Shown: piece after piece, positions 54,058 to 64,000 of the stretch
Numbering within the stretch: position 1 is the stretch's first letter
Layout of the letters: each line of letters begins with the position of its first letter
Assembly (NCBI GenBank): GCA_963739455.1
Contig: CAVUAK010000001.1
Coordinates: 2,368,001 to 2,432,000, forward strand
Origin: an uncultured Gemmatimonadales bacterium
Lineage (GTDB): Bacteria > Gemmatimonadota > Gemmatimonadetes > Gemmatimonadales > GWC2-71-9
Length of the DNA: 64,000 bases
Direction of reading: 5' to 3'
Notes under the pieces: model-generated
Database searches by the model: none
The model's input: the letters and a program-made list of their open reading frames with translations, nothing else
What the model was told of the DNA's origin: nothing
Program-made: the position numbers and the translations under genes

Positions 54058-54084
54058 TTGGCACTCAGCGCTCAAGAGTGCCAA
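54058..54084 (+). promoter_or_regulatory. CIRCE (HrcA operator)
   Basis: TTGGCACTC-N9-GAGTGCCAA perfect inverted repeat. Confidence 0.93.
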
Positions 54085-54129
54085 ATTGTTGCAAATCAAT
54101 CAGTTACACCAAGCATCAGGAGGCAGGTG

Positions 54130-56111
<1,982 letters not shown>

Positions 56112-56115
56112 CAAG

Positions 56116-56152
56116 CAAAGCGGCCCCGGTGAAAACCGGGGCCGTTTTGTTT
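56116..56152 (+). terminator. Intrinsic terminator after groEL
   Basis: cggccccggt-gaaa-accggggccg followed by ttttgttt. Confidence 0.9.
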
Positions 56153-56266
56153 GCGGACGTGAAGACGTGAGGACGTGAGGGGGCGTCTAGCGGGATCGCG
56201 GGTGGGGCGTAGATTCGCCTGAACCCGCCACATACCGATGTCGAGCTTCCAATAGGGGAGGTTGCC

Positions 56267-56716
56267 ATGCCGCGTGTGCCTCGCTTGTCCACGCTACTCC
56301 GCATTGCGCTAGTGCCTGCCGTGGCGGTGGTATTCATGGGAGCGGATTGCGGTGACAGCGGCGGCCCGTCCACCGCGAACGTGATTGGCGTACGAGTCCA
56401 GAACGCACTCGGGACCTCGATCAGGCTGGAGGTGCACGTATTTGGCGGCGATCTCGGTACACCCACGAACGTGGCGGGCAATGGGGCGTATGTGGATGAG
56501 CTGGACGGCAACGCTGGAGAGAGGGTTTCCTTCAGTGCCACTGACAACAGCGGCGTGTACTCCAGCGGATCCACAAGTTGTACCTCCACACCGGCCATCG
56601 TTGCGCCGAGCACAGGCACGCCGCAGCAGTACGGCCAGGCGAATGTGCTCGCGGGTTCGGCGCCAGGGCAATCGCTGGTCCTCGAGTGCAGTTCGGGCTG
56701 GACGGAGAACCAGTGA
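56267..56716 (+). CDS. Hypothetical exported protein, probable lipoprotein
   Basis: GGAGG RBS; signal ending VFMGADC. Confidence 0.7.
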   Translation: MPRVPRLSTLLRIALVPAVAVVFMGADCGDSGGPSTANVIGVRVQNALGTSIRLEVHVFGGDLGTPTNVAGNGAYVDELDGNAGERVSFSATDNSGVYSSGSTSCTSTPAIVAPSTGTPQQYGQANVLAGSAPGQSLVLECSSGWTENQ

Positions 56717-56742
56717 GCAGGACGGGAGCAGGTGAGGATGCG

Positions 56743-56777
56743 AAGGGGGCCCCGGCGAAAGCCGGGGCCCTTTTTTG
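56743..56777. terminator. Intrinsic terminator between convergent genes
   Basis: gggccccggc-gaaa-gccggggccc followed by tttttt. Confidence 0.9.
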
Positions 56778-56779
56778 TA

Positions 56780-57622
56780 TCAGAGGGGGCCGGTGCTACA
56801 GACACTCACGGTGAAGGTGACGTCCGTGGTGACGCCGGGCTCTACCGTCACCATCTGCGGATTGTCGGGAATGATGTCGCATCCGTAGACGTAGACCGGG
56901 TACGGCCCCGATCTCAGGGCAGGAAGGGTGACCTCGCCGGCGCTGTCGAGGGGGTAGAACTCGTCTTCGATGACAATGAAGCGTTCGTCGGCCCCGAGGG
57001 TGTTGCCGTTGACCGTTACGTGCAGGGCGCCCATGCCACCGCAGCGGACGAGCAGGGCGATCTCGGCGGGCTGGTCGACCCTCACATCGACCATGACAGG
57101 GTTCGTGCTGCTGGGTGTGCAGTCCGGGGCAACATCGCTGAGGATGAGGCTGCGCCGGCCCGGGGCCAGTGACTGCACGCTGGTGAGGCCGTTGGCGAGG
57201 ATGCGCTGCGGCTCTTCGGGACTGATCCGGATGAGGTAGCCGTCGGCATCGGCGGGCCCGGTGCTGGTCACGGTGAAGTTGACCGTGGCCGGCGTCGGGC
57301 AAGTGACGTTGAAGGTGGCGCGGCCCTGCCCGCCGTCGTCGAGCCTGACGAACACGGGGTTGGTGCCGGCGACGGCACAGCCGGGCGCAATGCCGGAGAG
57401 GGTGATGGTATAGCTGCCGGCGGCGAGGTCGGTGATGGTCACGTCGCCGTTGGTGGGCGCGTTGGTTGTCCGGTCGCCGAGCGTGACGACGTACCCATCG
57501 GGGTCGGGGTTCGCGCCCTGCGTTGCTACCGACAGCAGGATGGAACCGCCGTCGTCGCCACCGCAGGCCGAGAGCAGTGCGAGGGACAGGGAGGTGAGAA
57601 ACAGGGGTCGCAGGGTGCTCAT
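56780..57622 (-). CDS. Lipoprotein of three ~80-aa Cys-pair beta repeats (DxDGY module)
   Basis: LLSAC lipobox; repeats T.G...D.DGY...NG...L..G...LS..AP.C....NP..V......F.V.C. Confidence 0.75.
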   Translation of the reverse strand: MSTLRPLFLTSLSLALLSACGGDDGGSILLSVATQGANPDPDGYVVTLGDRTTNAPTNGDVTITDLAAGSYTITLSGIAPGCAVAGTNPVFVRLDDGGQGRATFNVTCPTPATVNFTVTSTGPADADGYLIRISPEEPQRILANGLTSVQSLAPGRRSLILSDVAPDCTPSSTNPVMVDVRVDQPAEIALLVRCGGMGALHVTVNGNTLGADERFIVIEDEFYPLDSAGEVTLPALRSGPYPVYVYGCDIIPDNPQMVTVEPGVTTDVTFTVSVCSTGPL

Positions 57623-57717
57623 TGGTGGTTCCCGGCTACAGGACAAGGGCGATACTTCCGGTTGATGCGCCGCCCTTATCCTGGAACGCGCAGAAGGCTG
57701 CAAAAAGGGGCCACCTG

Positions 57718-59172
57718 TCAGTGAGTGCGCTTGATGGAGAAAGCCCAGCCATTGGGCGTCGTTCCATCAACCTCGGTACCGAGGATCACCAATTCACTGC
57801 CTACGTTGGGCAAATCGGCTGGATCTACCTCCAGGAAGGCGGTGGGAAGTTCACTGGTTGCACCGGGGTAACTCTGGCTGAAGGGGCAGCCACCGTTCTC
57901 CGGGTCGCTGATGTGGTAGGTGGATGCGGCCAGGATGCTGGTTCCGGAGAAGCCGATCAGGATCTCCGACCCGACCCCATTGCCGCCGACAAAGGTGTTG
58001 AAGGTGCCGTACTCGTAGGGGCTGTCGAGGGTGAAGCTGCAGATGCCGCTCCCTTCCGAGCCCGGGGGAAGGCGATCGTTGGTGTGTACCGACGGATAAT
58101 TGGTGATGCCCGATACGAGCACCCCACCGCTCTCGTCGAGGGAGAAATCGAAGTCGAGCTTGTCGGTGACCTCGGCGCCAACGAGCACGGCGATGCCCAG
58201 GAGTGTTCCGGAGAATCCACCGACCGCGTGATAGTTGGCGCCGGCTGTCTTCACCCTGATGTTGGCATTCAGGATCGCGGTCGTGACGCCGTTGGCATTC
58301 TTGAGGCGCACGCTGACCGCGACGGGGTTGCGATCGTCGGGGGCGTCGGATGGTGCGATGTACTCTCCCCCGGCATCGGTGCCCTCGATGAAGCCGTAGG
58401 TGGCTGATCCGCCGGCGTCACCATTTACCTGCCAGCTGGTGTGGTCGACTTCGATCCGGCCGCCGCCGGGGAGTGCCACGAGGTCGGGATCGGGGTCGGG
58501 GCCATCACAGTCGTAGGCATAGACTACGTCATCAGCACGGGCGAGGCAGTTCTTCACCTGCAACGCGACGCGCGCGCCCGGTTCCACCTCGGCGTACTCC
58601 GGTCGTATCTGCCAGCCTTCCAGCAGGGTCCAGTCGCTGAAGTGGGTCGTCGTCACCGTGACGGTTTGCGCCGTCTTGTCGAGCACCACGTCATCCGAGA
58701 AGCGCCATGCACCGGCGGCGTCCTGTGAAGCGATCCAGAGGAGCTCCGGTGCGGAGCGCAGGATGTCGGCGTCCTGATAGTGGAATGAGAGCGAGACCGG
58801 CGCCGAGAAGGTGACGCCTTCCGGCCCGAGCCGGTACCCGGTGCCGACGGCGCCGGGTGACTGGGGCGTGATGGGTTGGATGCTGATGTCGGTGGCTGTG
58901 GCGAGGGCCCCGGCTGGCACGCTGATGGTGACGGTGCCGTCGGTCGACGTCAGCGATCCGCCGGCCGCCCCGATGGATTGAGTGGTGACCGCCCCATTCG
59001 GCGTTCCCGCTGGGGTGGTTGTCGGGTCTGGATCATTGCCGCCGTTGTTGCCCCCCGGATCCGACGTTCCGGCCCCGCAGGCGGAGAGCGCCAGCGGCAG
59101 TGCCGCCACCGTCAGAAGCCACCACCGAGTAAATCCCGCCCGCACATCGCGACTAATGCCGACCTCAGCCAT
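57718..59172 (-). CDS. Lipoprotein with ZU5-like domain
   Basis: LSAC lipobox; IGAAGGSL....VPAGAL, LGPEG.TF..PV, TTHFS. Confidence 0.75.
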   Translation of the reverse strand: MAEVGISRDVRAGFTRWWLLTVAALPLALSACGAGTSDPGGNNGGNDPDPTTTPAGTPNGAVTTQSIGAAGGSLTSTDGTVTISVPAGALATATDISIQPITPQSPGAVGTGYRLGPEGVTFSAPVSLSFHYQDADILRSAPELLWIASQDAAGAWRFSDDVVLDKTAQTVTVTTTHFSDWTLLEGWQIRPEYAEVEPGARVALQVKNCLARADDVVYAYDCDGPDPDPDLVALPGGGRIEVDHTSWQVNGDAGGSATYGFIEGTDAGGEYIAPSDAPDDRNPVAVSVRLKNANGVTTAILNANIRVKTAGANYHAVGGFSGTLLGIAVLVGAEVTDKLDFDFSLDESGGVLVSGITNYPSVHTNDRLPPGSEGSGICSFTLDSPYEYGTFNTFVGGNGVGSEILIGFSGTSILAASTYHISDPENGGCPFSQSYPGATSELPTAFLEVDPADLPNVGSELVILGTEVDGTTPNGWAFSIKRTH

Positions 59173-59199
59173 TGTGCCCCCGAATCAGGTTGATGCCCG

Positions 59200-59251
59200 A
59201 GGGTACAGCGAGGTCATCAGCAGTCGATCACGACCCGATCACGGCGGATCA
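59200..59251 (-). promoter_or_regulatory. Phased TGAT(C/G) direct repeats plus -10 (putative SARP/OmpR-type sites)
   Basis: Four repeats at 59247, 59237, 59226 and 59215, then TG-TACCCT. Confidence 0.55.
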
Positions 59252-59264
59252 TTGTGCCAATTGC

Positions 59265-61289
59265 CTACCGCGAAGGGGCCCGATTCACCCTGGAAGGAGC
59301 GACAAGGGCGGCGCTGAAGCGCGGGTCGGCCTTGAGCGCCCGGGCCTTGGGATCGAGGGAGAGGGTGAGGATCCCGGGGTCGCGCTCGGTCTGGGCGCGC
59401 TGGAGGAGGGCGAGCGCCGTCTCGTTGTCTCCCGCTGCTGCATGTGCCAATGCGAGGTTGACGGAGGGGACGTAGAGGCGCTTCCGGTCGGCGTCCAGGC
59501 CCTCGAGCAGGACACGGGCGGAGTCGTGCCGGCCGGCGGACGCGAGGGCATAGGCAAGCGATGCGCGATAGCGCGCGTCGCCGTGGGATTCGCGGACCAC
59601 CCGCTCGAGCTCGCCCAGGGCGCCGATGGTATCACCGGTGGCGAGAAGCGAGAGTCCGAGCCAGTTGCGCGCGGCGAAAAAGTCTGGTTCCTGCTGAAGC
59701 ACGGCGCGACTGGCGACGACGGCGGTGCCGGGGTGGCCGGCGAAGTACTCGATGACCGCGACGCCGGTGCCGACAGCAGGCGACAACGGGTCGAGCGCGT
59801 GGGCAGCGCGCACCTCGGCGATGGCGCTGTCGGGTGCGCCACTCACGAGCAGGTTGAGTGCATGCCAGTGACGGAGGGTCGCGTCCTGGGGCTCGATGAG
59901 GATCGCGCGGCGGAACTGCATCTCGGCGCCGTCGAGGTCGCCCTCGACGAGCTGCCGCGCCAGCGCCGAGACGCCGAGCGCCTCGGCGTTGTTGGAGTCA
60001 TGGGCGATGGCGCGCTCAGCGGCGTGCTGCGCCTCCACATAGGGACGAGGTGGCGCCTCGACTCCATAGGTGGGCGCCACGAGCCAGGTGGCAGCGATGC
60101 CAGCCTCGGCCGCCGAGTAGGTGGGGTCGATGGTGAGCGCGGAGTCGAAGTAGGCGAAGGCGCGCCGCAGGCCCTTCGCGCTGCGCTCGGTCCAGGCATG
60201 GCGTCCCTGGAGATAGTAGACGTAGGCCTCGAGGCTCCGGGTTGCGAGGGCGGGAGGCCGATTGGGCAGGCGATCGAGAACGTCGTGCTTCAGGGCATCG
60301 GCGATGCCGCGCGCGACGTCGTCCTGGAGGCTGAAGAGGCTGAGGAAACTGCGGTCGAAGGAACGGGACCAGAGTTCGTATCCGTTCCGGGTATCCACGA
60401 GGCGTGTGGTGACACGCACGGAGTCACCGTTCCGGCGCATGCTTCCCTCGAGCACGGCGGAGACATGAAGCAGCTCGCCGACCTGCTGGGCGCTGAGCTG
60501 GCGATGCCGGAGTGAAAACGAGGAGGTGCGGGCTACGATGCGCAGTCCGCTGACGCGACCGAGCCGGGTGATGAGATCCTCGGCGATGCCATCGCTGACG
60601 AGGGCATCGAGGGCATCGCTGCCGAGATTCGCGAAGGGCAGTACCGCCAGGGAGGCGATAGGCGCAGCGGCGGGGCCTTTGGGGGTGGTGCGGATGAAGA
60701 AGAGGGCGGCGAGGGTGGCGACGACGATCGCCAGGCCGACCAGCATGGCGAGGCGACGGGGCGGGGAGGGCGGGGAGGGCGGGGAAGATGGGGAAGGCGA
60801 GGAGGACGGGGAGGACGGGGAGGGTGTAGCGGCGCGCGCGGTGGCGACGATATCGCGGAAGCGCGCGCGTTCCGTCTCCATCCACTTGTCGAAAGCGGGA
60901 GAGTCGGGGAGGGTGAATCCGTCGAGGAAGTCGCCGGTGTAGAGCTGGACGACGCGGGCATGGTTGCCGGCGGCGGCGGCCTCGAGGAACTCCGCGACGT
61001 CGCTCGAGAGCGAGCTCGGATTGAGGCGCAGCTGGTGCTCGCCCTGAATGAGGGACTGGTCGCCGGTTGTGCGGCGGAGCGTATACACCGCCTGTGCCAG
61101 GGCGTGACGGGCGCGGTCGCGCTCACTGTCGGGCCAGAGGCAGGTCATGACCTTGTCGCGGCTGGCGCCATGGCGTCCGGCGGCCGCGACCATCGCCAGC
61201 AAGGCGAGTCGCCTTGGCTGGGAGAGTGCTGCGACCGGCTGGCCGTCGTCGTGGAGGAGCTGTGCAGTGCCGAGGGTGAGGAGGCGCAT
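59265..61289 (-). CDS. Membrane-anchored SARP-like regulator: wHTH/partial BTAD - TM - TolB_N-like - TPR
   Basis: LALLA...SRDK....LWPD....ARHAL.Q..Y.LRR, LY.GDFLDGF, TM, SLAVLPFANL, TPRs. Confidence 0.82.
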   Translation of the reverse strand: MRLLTLGTAQLLHDDGQPVAALSQPRRLALLAMVAAAGRHGASRDKVMTCLWPDSERDRARHALAQAVYTLRRTTGDQSLIQGEHQLRLNPSSLSSDVAEFLEAAAAGNHARVVQLYTGDFLDGFTLPDSPAFDKWMETERARFRDIVATARAATPSPSSPSSSPSPSSPPSPPSPPRRLAMLVGLAIVVATLAALFFIRTTPKGPAAAPIASLAVLPFANLGSDALDALVSDGIAEDLITRLGRVSGLRIVARTSSFSLRHRQLSAQQVGELLHVSAVLEGSMRRNGDSVRVTTRLVDTRNGYELWSRSFDRSFLSLFSLQDDVARGIADALKHDVLDRLPNRPPALATRSLEAYVYYLQGRHAWTERSAKGLRRAFAYFDSALTIDPTYSAAEAGIAATWLVAPTYGVEAPPRPYVEAQHAAERAIAHDSNNAEALGVSALARQLVEGDLDGAEMQFRRAILIEPQDATLRHWHALNLLVSGAPDSAIAEVRAAHALDPLSPAVGTGVAVIEYFAGHPGTAVVASRAVLQQEPDFFAARNWLGLSLLATGDTIGALGELERVVRESHGDARYRASLAYALASAGRHDSARVLLEGLDADRKRLYVPSVNLALAHAAAGDNETALALLQRAQTERDPGILTLSLDPKARALKADPRFSAALVAPSRVNRAPSR

Positions 61290-61302
61290 GGAGGGGAAAT
61301 AT

Positions 61303-61380
61303 GGCGGGGAGGGCGGGGAGGGCGGGGAAGGCGGGGAGGGCGTTGGGCGTGAGGCGTTAGGCGTGAGGCGTTAGGCGTTA
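61303..61380 (+). repeat. (GGCGGGGAR)x4 plus (GGCGTKR)x6
   Basis: Read directly; fills almost the whole intergenic gap. Confidence 0.92.
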
Positions 61381-61391
61381 GGCGGATGGGG

Positions 61392-62789
61392 CTAACGAGG
61401 AGTTCCGATTCCCGGTGCGTAGAGAGAAGCAATGCGCTGGGCGCGGAAGATGTAGCCGGTGCCGCCCGACAAGCGCCACACCACATTTCCGGCGGCGTCG
61501 TATTCCTCGACCTTCTGGCCATTGCCGAGCGATGCCAGGACATGGCCATTGCTCAACTGCTGCACGCTGCCACCGAGGAGGCCGACGGCGGGTGGCAATG
61601 AACTGAAGCTCTCGACAAGGGTGGCGGTGCGCGTGGTTGCGTCGACGCTGTATCGCTCGACGCGTGAGGCACCGGGTTCACCGCGATTGTCGAGGAGCAG
61701 GAGACCGGTGGCGGTGAAGCGGAGCCCATGCTGGCCGACGAATGGCGGATCGCCTGTACCAGCAAAGGTGAATTGGTTGGCGAGACCACCGAGGCGCCAG
61801 AGTATTGCACCGGTGGTGGTGGAGATCTTCGTGATCTCGCTCAAGCTCCGGAAGGAAGCGAGCAGGTTGCCGTCGGTGTCGAGGGCAATGGCATTGCCGT
61901 GGGTGAAGTTCACTGCCGCGCCGGCGCGATCGGCGGCAGGCAGGTCGGTGAGGGCGAAGTGGTCGAAGGCGTTCCACTGGAAGGGTGCCGCACCGGTCGC
62001 GTCCACGTGCTGGATGACAGTACCGGTGACGCGTGCCGCGGCCTGGCCACCGATGGCCGAGAGGTCCATGGTGCGGATCTCGTCGCACATGAGCCAGTGG
62101 CCGCCGGCGCCATCACCGATGGCATCGTGGAAGCGGGACACGAGGCCATTCGCACACCCGAATGTTGCGGTGATGTCACCCGCAGGATCGAGCTCCGCCC
62201 AGGGCTCCGCATCATCGAGAGCGGGGGTGTGGGGCTGCGTGGCATAGCGCCCGTTGGCGAGTGCCTGGAAATTGAGCCCGATACCGTCAGGGAAGTATCG
62301 ATACCAGATGACGCGCCCACTGTTGTCGATGACGATACCGTAGCTGCCGGCTGCGAAGACGACGAATCCGGGAGTGGGGTTGTTCCCGGTGGTGGTATAG
62401 GCCGGAAGGTCGGTGGGGATCGCGGCGGTGGTGAACTCAACGGGAGCTGCAGTGACGGTGCCGCCGGGACCGAACGCGACCACGGTGGCGGTATAGTGGC
62501 GCTCGGGGAAAAGGCCGAGCAGGAGGCTGCTGGCAGCTCCATCACTGACTGGCTGCGCCGGTGCCGCGAGTTCCGTCGACGCGGCGGAATCGGTGAGGCG
62601 ATAGCGCACGGTGACGCTGTCAGCCCCGGTGACCTGCAGGTCAATGGTGGCGCTGAGCGCGTTCGTGTCGTGCAGGCGCGGTGTCACCCCGCTGATCGCG
62701 GGGGGATCGGGGGTCGGAGCCGCCTCGCCGCCACAGGCGACGAGGCCGAGAAGGAGGGCTACTGGCAGTGCCCGACTCAGGGACGCCAC
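61392..62789 (-). CDS. Arylsulfotransferase (ASST)-family lipoprotein
   Basis: LVAC lipobox; Ig-like N-terminus; FHDA, THGNAI, SFR, WRLGG, GQH, LDN. Confidence 0.8.
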   Translation of the reverse strand: MASLSRALPVALLLGLVACGGEAAPTPDPPAISGVTPRLHDTNALSATIDLQVTGADSVTVRYRLTDSAASTELAAPAQPVSDGAASSLLLGLFPERHYTATVVAFGPGGTVTAAPVEFTTAAIPTDLPAYTTTGNNPTPGFVVFAAGSYGIVIDNSGRVIWYRYFPDGIGLNFQALANGRYATQPHTPALDDAEPWAELDPAGDITATFGCANGLVSRFHDAIGDGAGGHWLMCDEIRTMDLSAIGGQAAARVTGTVIQHVDATGAAPFQWNAFDHFALTDLPAADRAGAAVNFTHGNAIALDTDGNLLASFRSLSEITKISTTTGAILWRLGGLANQFTFAGTGDPPFVGQHGLRFTATGLLLLDNRGEPGASRVERYSVDATTRTATLVESFSSLPPAVGLLGGSVQQLSNGHVLASLGNGQKVEEYDAAGNVVWRLSGGTGYIFRAQRIASLYAPGIGTPR

Positions 62790-64000
62790 GCCGGCTCCAA
62801 GGAGGCCTGCGACATCTGGACCACGGTCCCATCAGGCTGGAGGATGGCAAGTCCCTGGGTGAGGGTGTAGCACGCAAACCAGTCATCGCAGCGCAACGTC
62901 GTAAACGCGATCCGGTCGTCGGCGCCCCACGACAAGCTGGTTGACTCGGAGGTGGTGGCACTGCGGCTTCTGACCGCGGTACCGTTTGCGCTCATGACGT
63001 ACAGCTGTTTGGTGGGATTGGCGCCGCCGACTTTCTGCACAAAGGCCACCCGTGCGCTGGAGGGCGACCAGACGGGACTGACCGCCTCGGCTGTGCCCGA
63101 CGTGAGCTGTACGACGCCCGAGCCGTCGGCGTTCATGACGTGGATGCTCCGTGCCGAGTTAGAGCGGCCACTGACGAAGAGGATGCGATCGCCACTGTGG
63201 GACCAGTCCGGCTCGTTGTCCGCGCCCGGATCCGAGGTGAGGCGCACCGGGTTGGAGCCGTCGGCGCTCATGACGTAGATCTCCGGGTTGCCGTCACGCT
63301 CGCTCACGAAGGCGATCCTGGTGCCGTCGGAGGACCAGGTTGGCTGGTAGTCGGCGTACACACTGTTGGTGAGGCGCCGAACGTCACTGCCGTCGGCGTT
63401 CATGAGGTAGATCTCGTTATTCCCGTCGCGCACGCTGGTGAAGGCCAGATGGGTGCCATCGGGTGACCAGGCGGGGTTCGAGTCAGCCACGGCGTTGCTG
63501 GTGAGCAGCGTAGAGGTCCCCAGTTCCGTCCCGATCCCGATCTCGGAGCCACTTCCCACGCCGACCACAAAGGCCAGCTCCTTCGCGGGATCGCACTGCA
63601 CGGTGACGCTGAGCGTCACGTCTCCCGTGTTATGGACGACGATGGAATTGTCGGTCGGGCCCGGGCTCACCAGGTGGCAGTTGGACGCGATGCCACGGAC
63701 GGTGACGGTATAGGTACCAGATTGCATAGCGACGCTCGTGGCGGTGCCATTGCTCGGGACCTCCATTATGAAGGACGGGCCGTAGTAGTCGTCGCTGGAC
63801 CCCAGCCCGACGGTATAGCCATCGACGTCGATATCCTGACCGGTACTCACGACATTCGCGACAACTCTCGGCAGCGCCGTGCATGCCACCTTGAGCGTGA
63901 GCGGGGTCTCGGTGTCGAGCGCCGTCGTGATCGTCGTCGGGTTGGTGGGATCCGGCGTGCAATTGGGCGCGACGTCACCGAGCGTGAGGGTCAGGGGGCC
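62777..64000 (-). CDS. TolB-like PD40 beta-propeller protein with N-terminal DxDGY modules (5' partial)
   Basis: Repeated PAWSPDG..LAF.S.RDGN.EIY.MNADGS...RLT. Confidence 0.88.
   Translation of the reverse strand, partial: GPLTLTLGDVAPNCTPDPTNPTTITTALDTETPLTLKVACTALPRVVANVVSTGQDIDVDGYTVGLGSSDDYYGPSFIMEVPSNGTATSVAMQSGTYTVTVRGIASNCHLVSPGPTDNSIVVHNTGDVTLSVTVQCDPAKELAFVVGVGSGSEIGIGTELGTSTLLTSNAVADSNPAWSPDGTHLAFTSVRDGNNEIYLMNADGSDVRRLTNSVYADYQPTWSSDGTRIAFVSERDGNPEIYVMSADGSNPVRLTSDPGADNEPDWSHSGDRILFVSGRSNSARSIHVMNADGSGVVQLTSGTAEAVSPVWSPSSARVAFVQKVGGANPTKQLYVMSANGTAVRSRSATTSESTSLSWGADDRIAFTTLRCDDWFACYTLTQGLAILQPDGTVVQMSQASLEPAWRP

Overview
High-GC bacterial chromosomal window. Gene order and protein style suggest Gemmatimonadota (inference). 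The assembly has many single-base indels, so several intact-looking genes are split across frames. 1-36.4 kb is mostly core genome: arylsulfatase, pyrR-pyrB-pyrC, rpsT, M50 protease-scpA-scpB-rluB, a MoxR/DUF58/Bat operon, mutL-miaA-bshA-uppP-birA-coaX-UbiA, NlpC/P60, glgC and a MacAB-like ABC exporter. 36.4-41.5 kb is an accessory island. It holds an integrase-less integron cassette array (two full attC sites, one 19-bp truncated attC, one decayed attC) with an Mrr-like nuclease and small membrane proteins, followed by a decayed HigBA-type TA pair. 41.6-54 kb has an erythromycin-esterase-family gene, a shortened mprF plus acvB, an aldo/keto reductase and an AraC regulator flanked by two matching operators. 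groES-groEL with CIRCE follows. 56-64 kb is a lipoprotein cluster with a membrane-anchored SARP-like regulator. Non-coding signals not explained by the gene list are an 18-bp palindrome-plus-(-10) promoter module seen four times, and pervasive 7-9-nt tandem repeats, including an inverted pair inside mutL.
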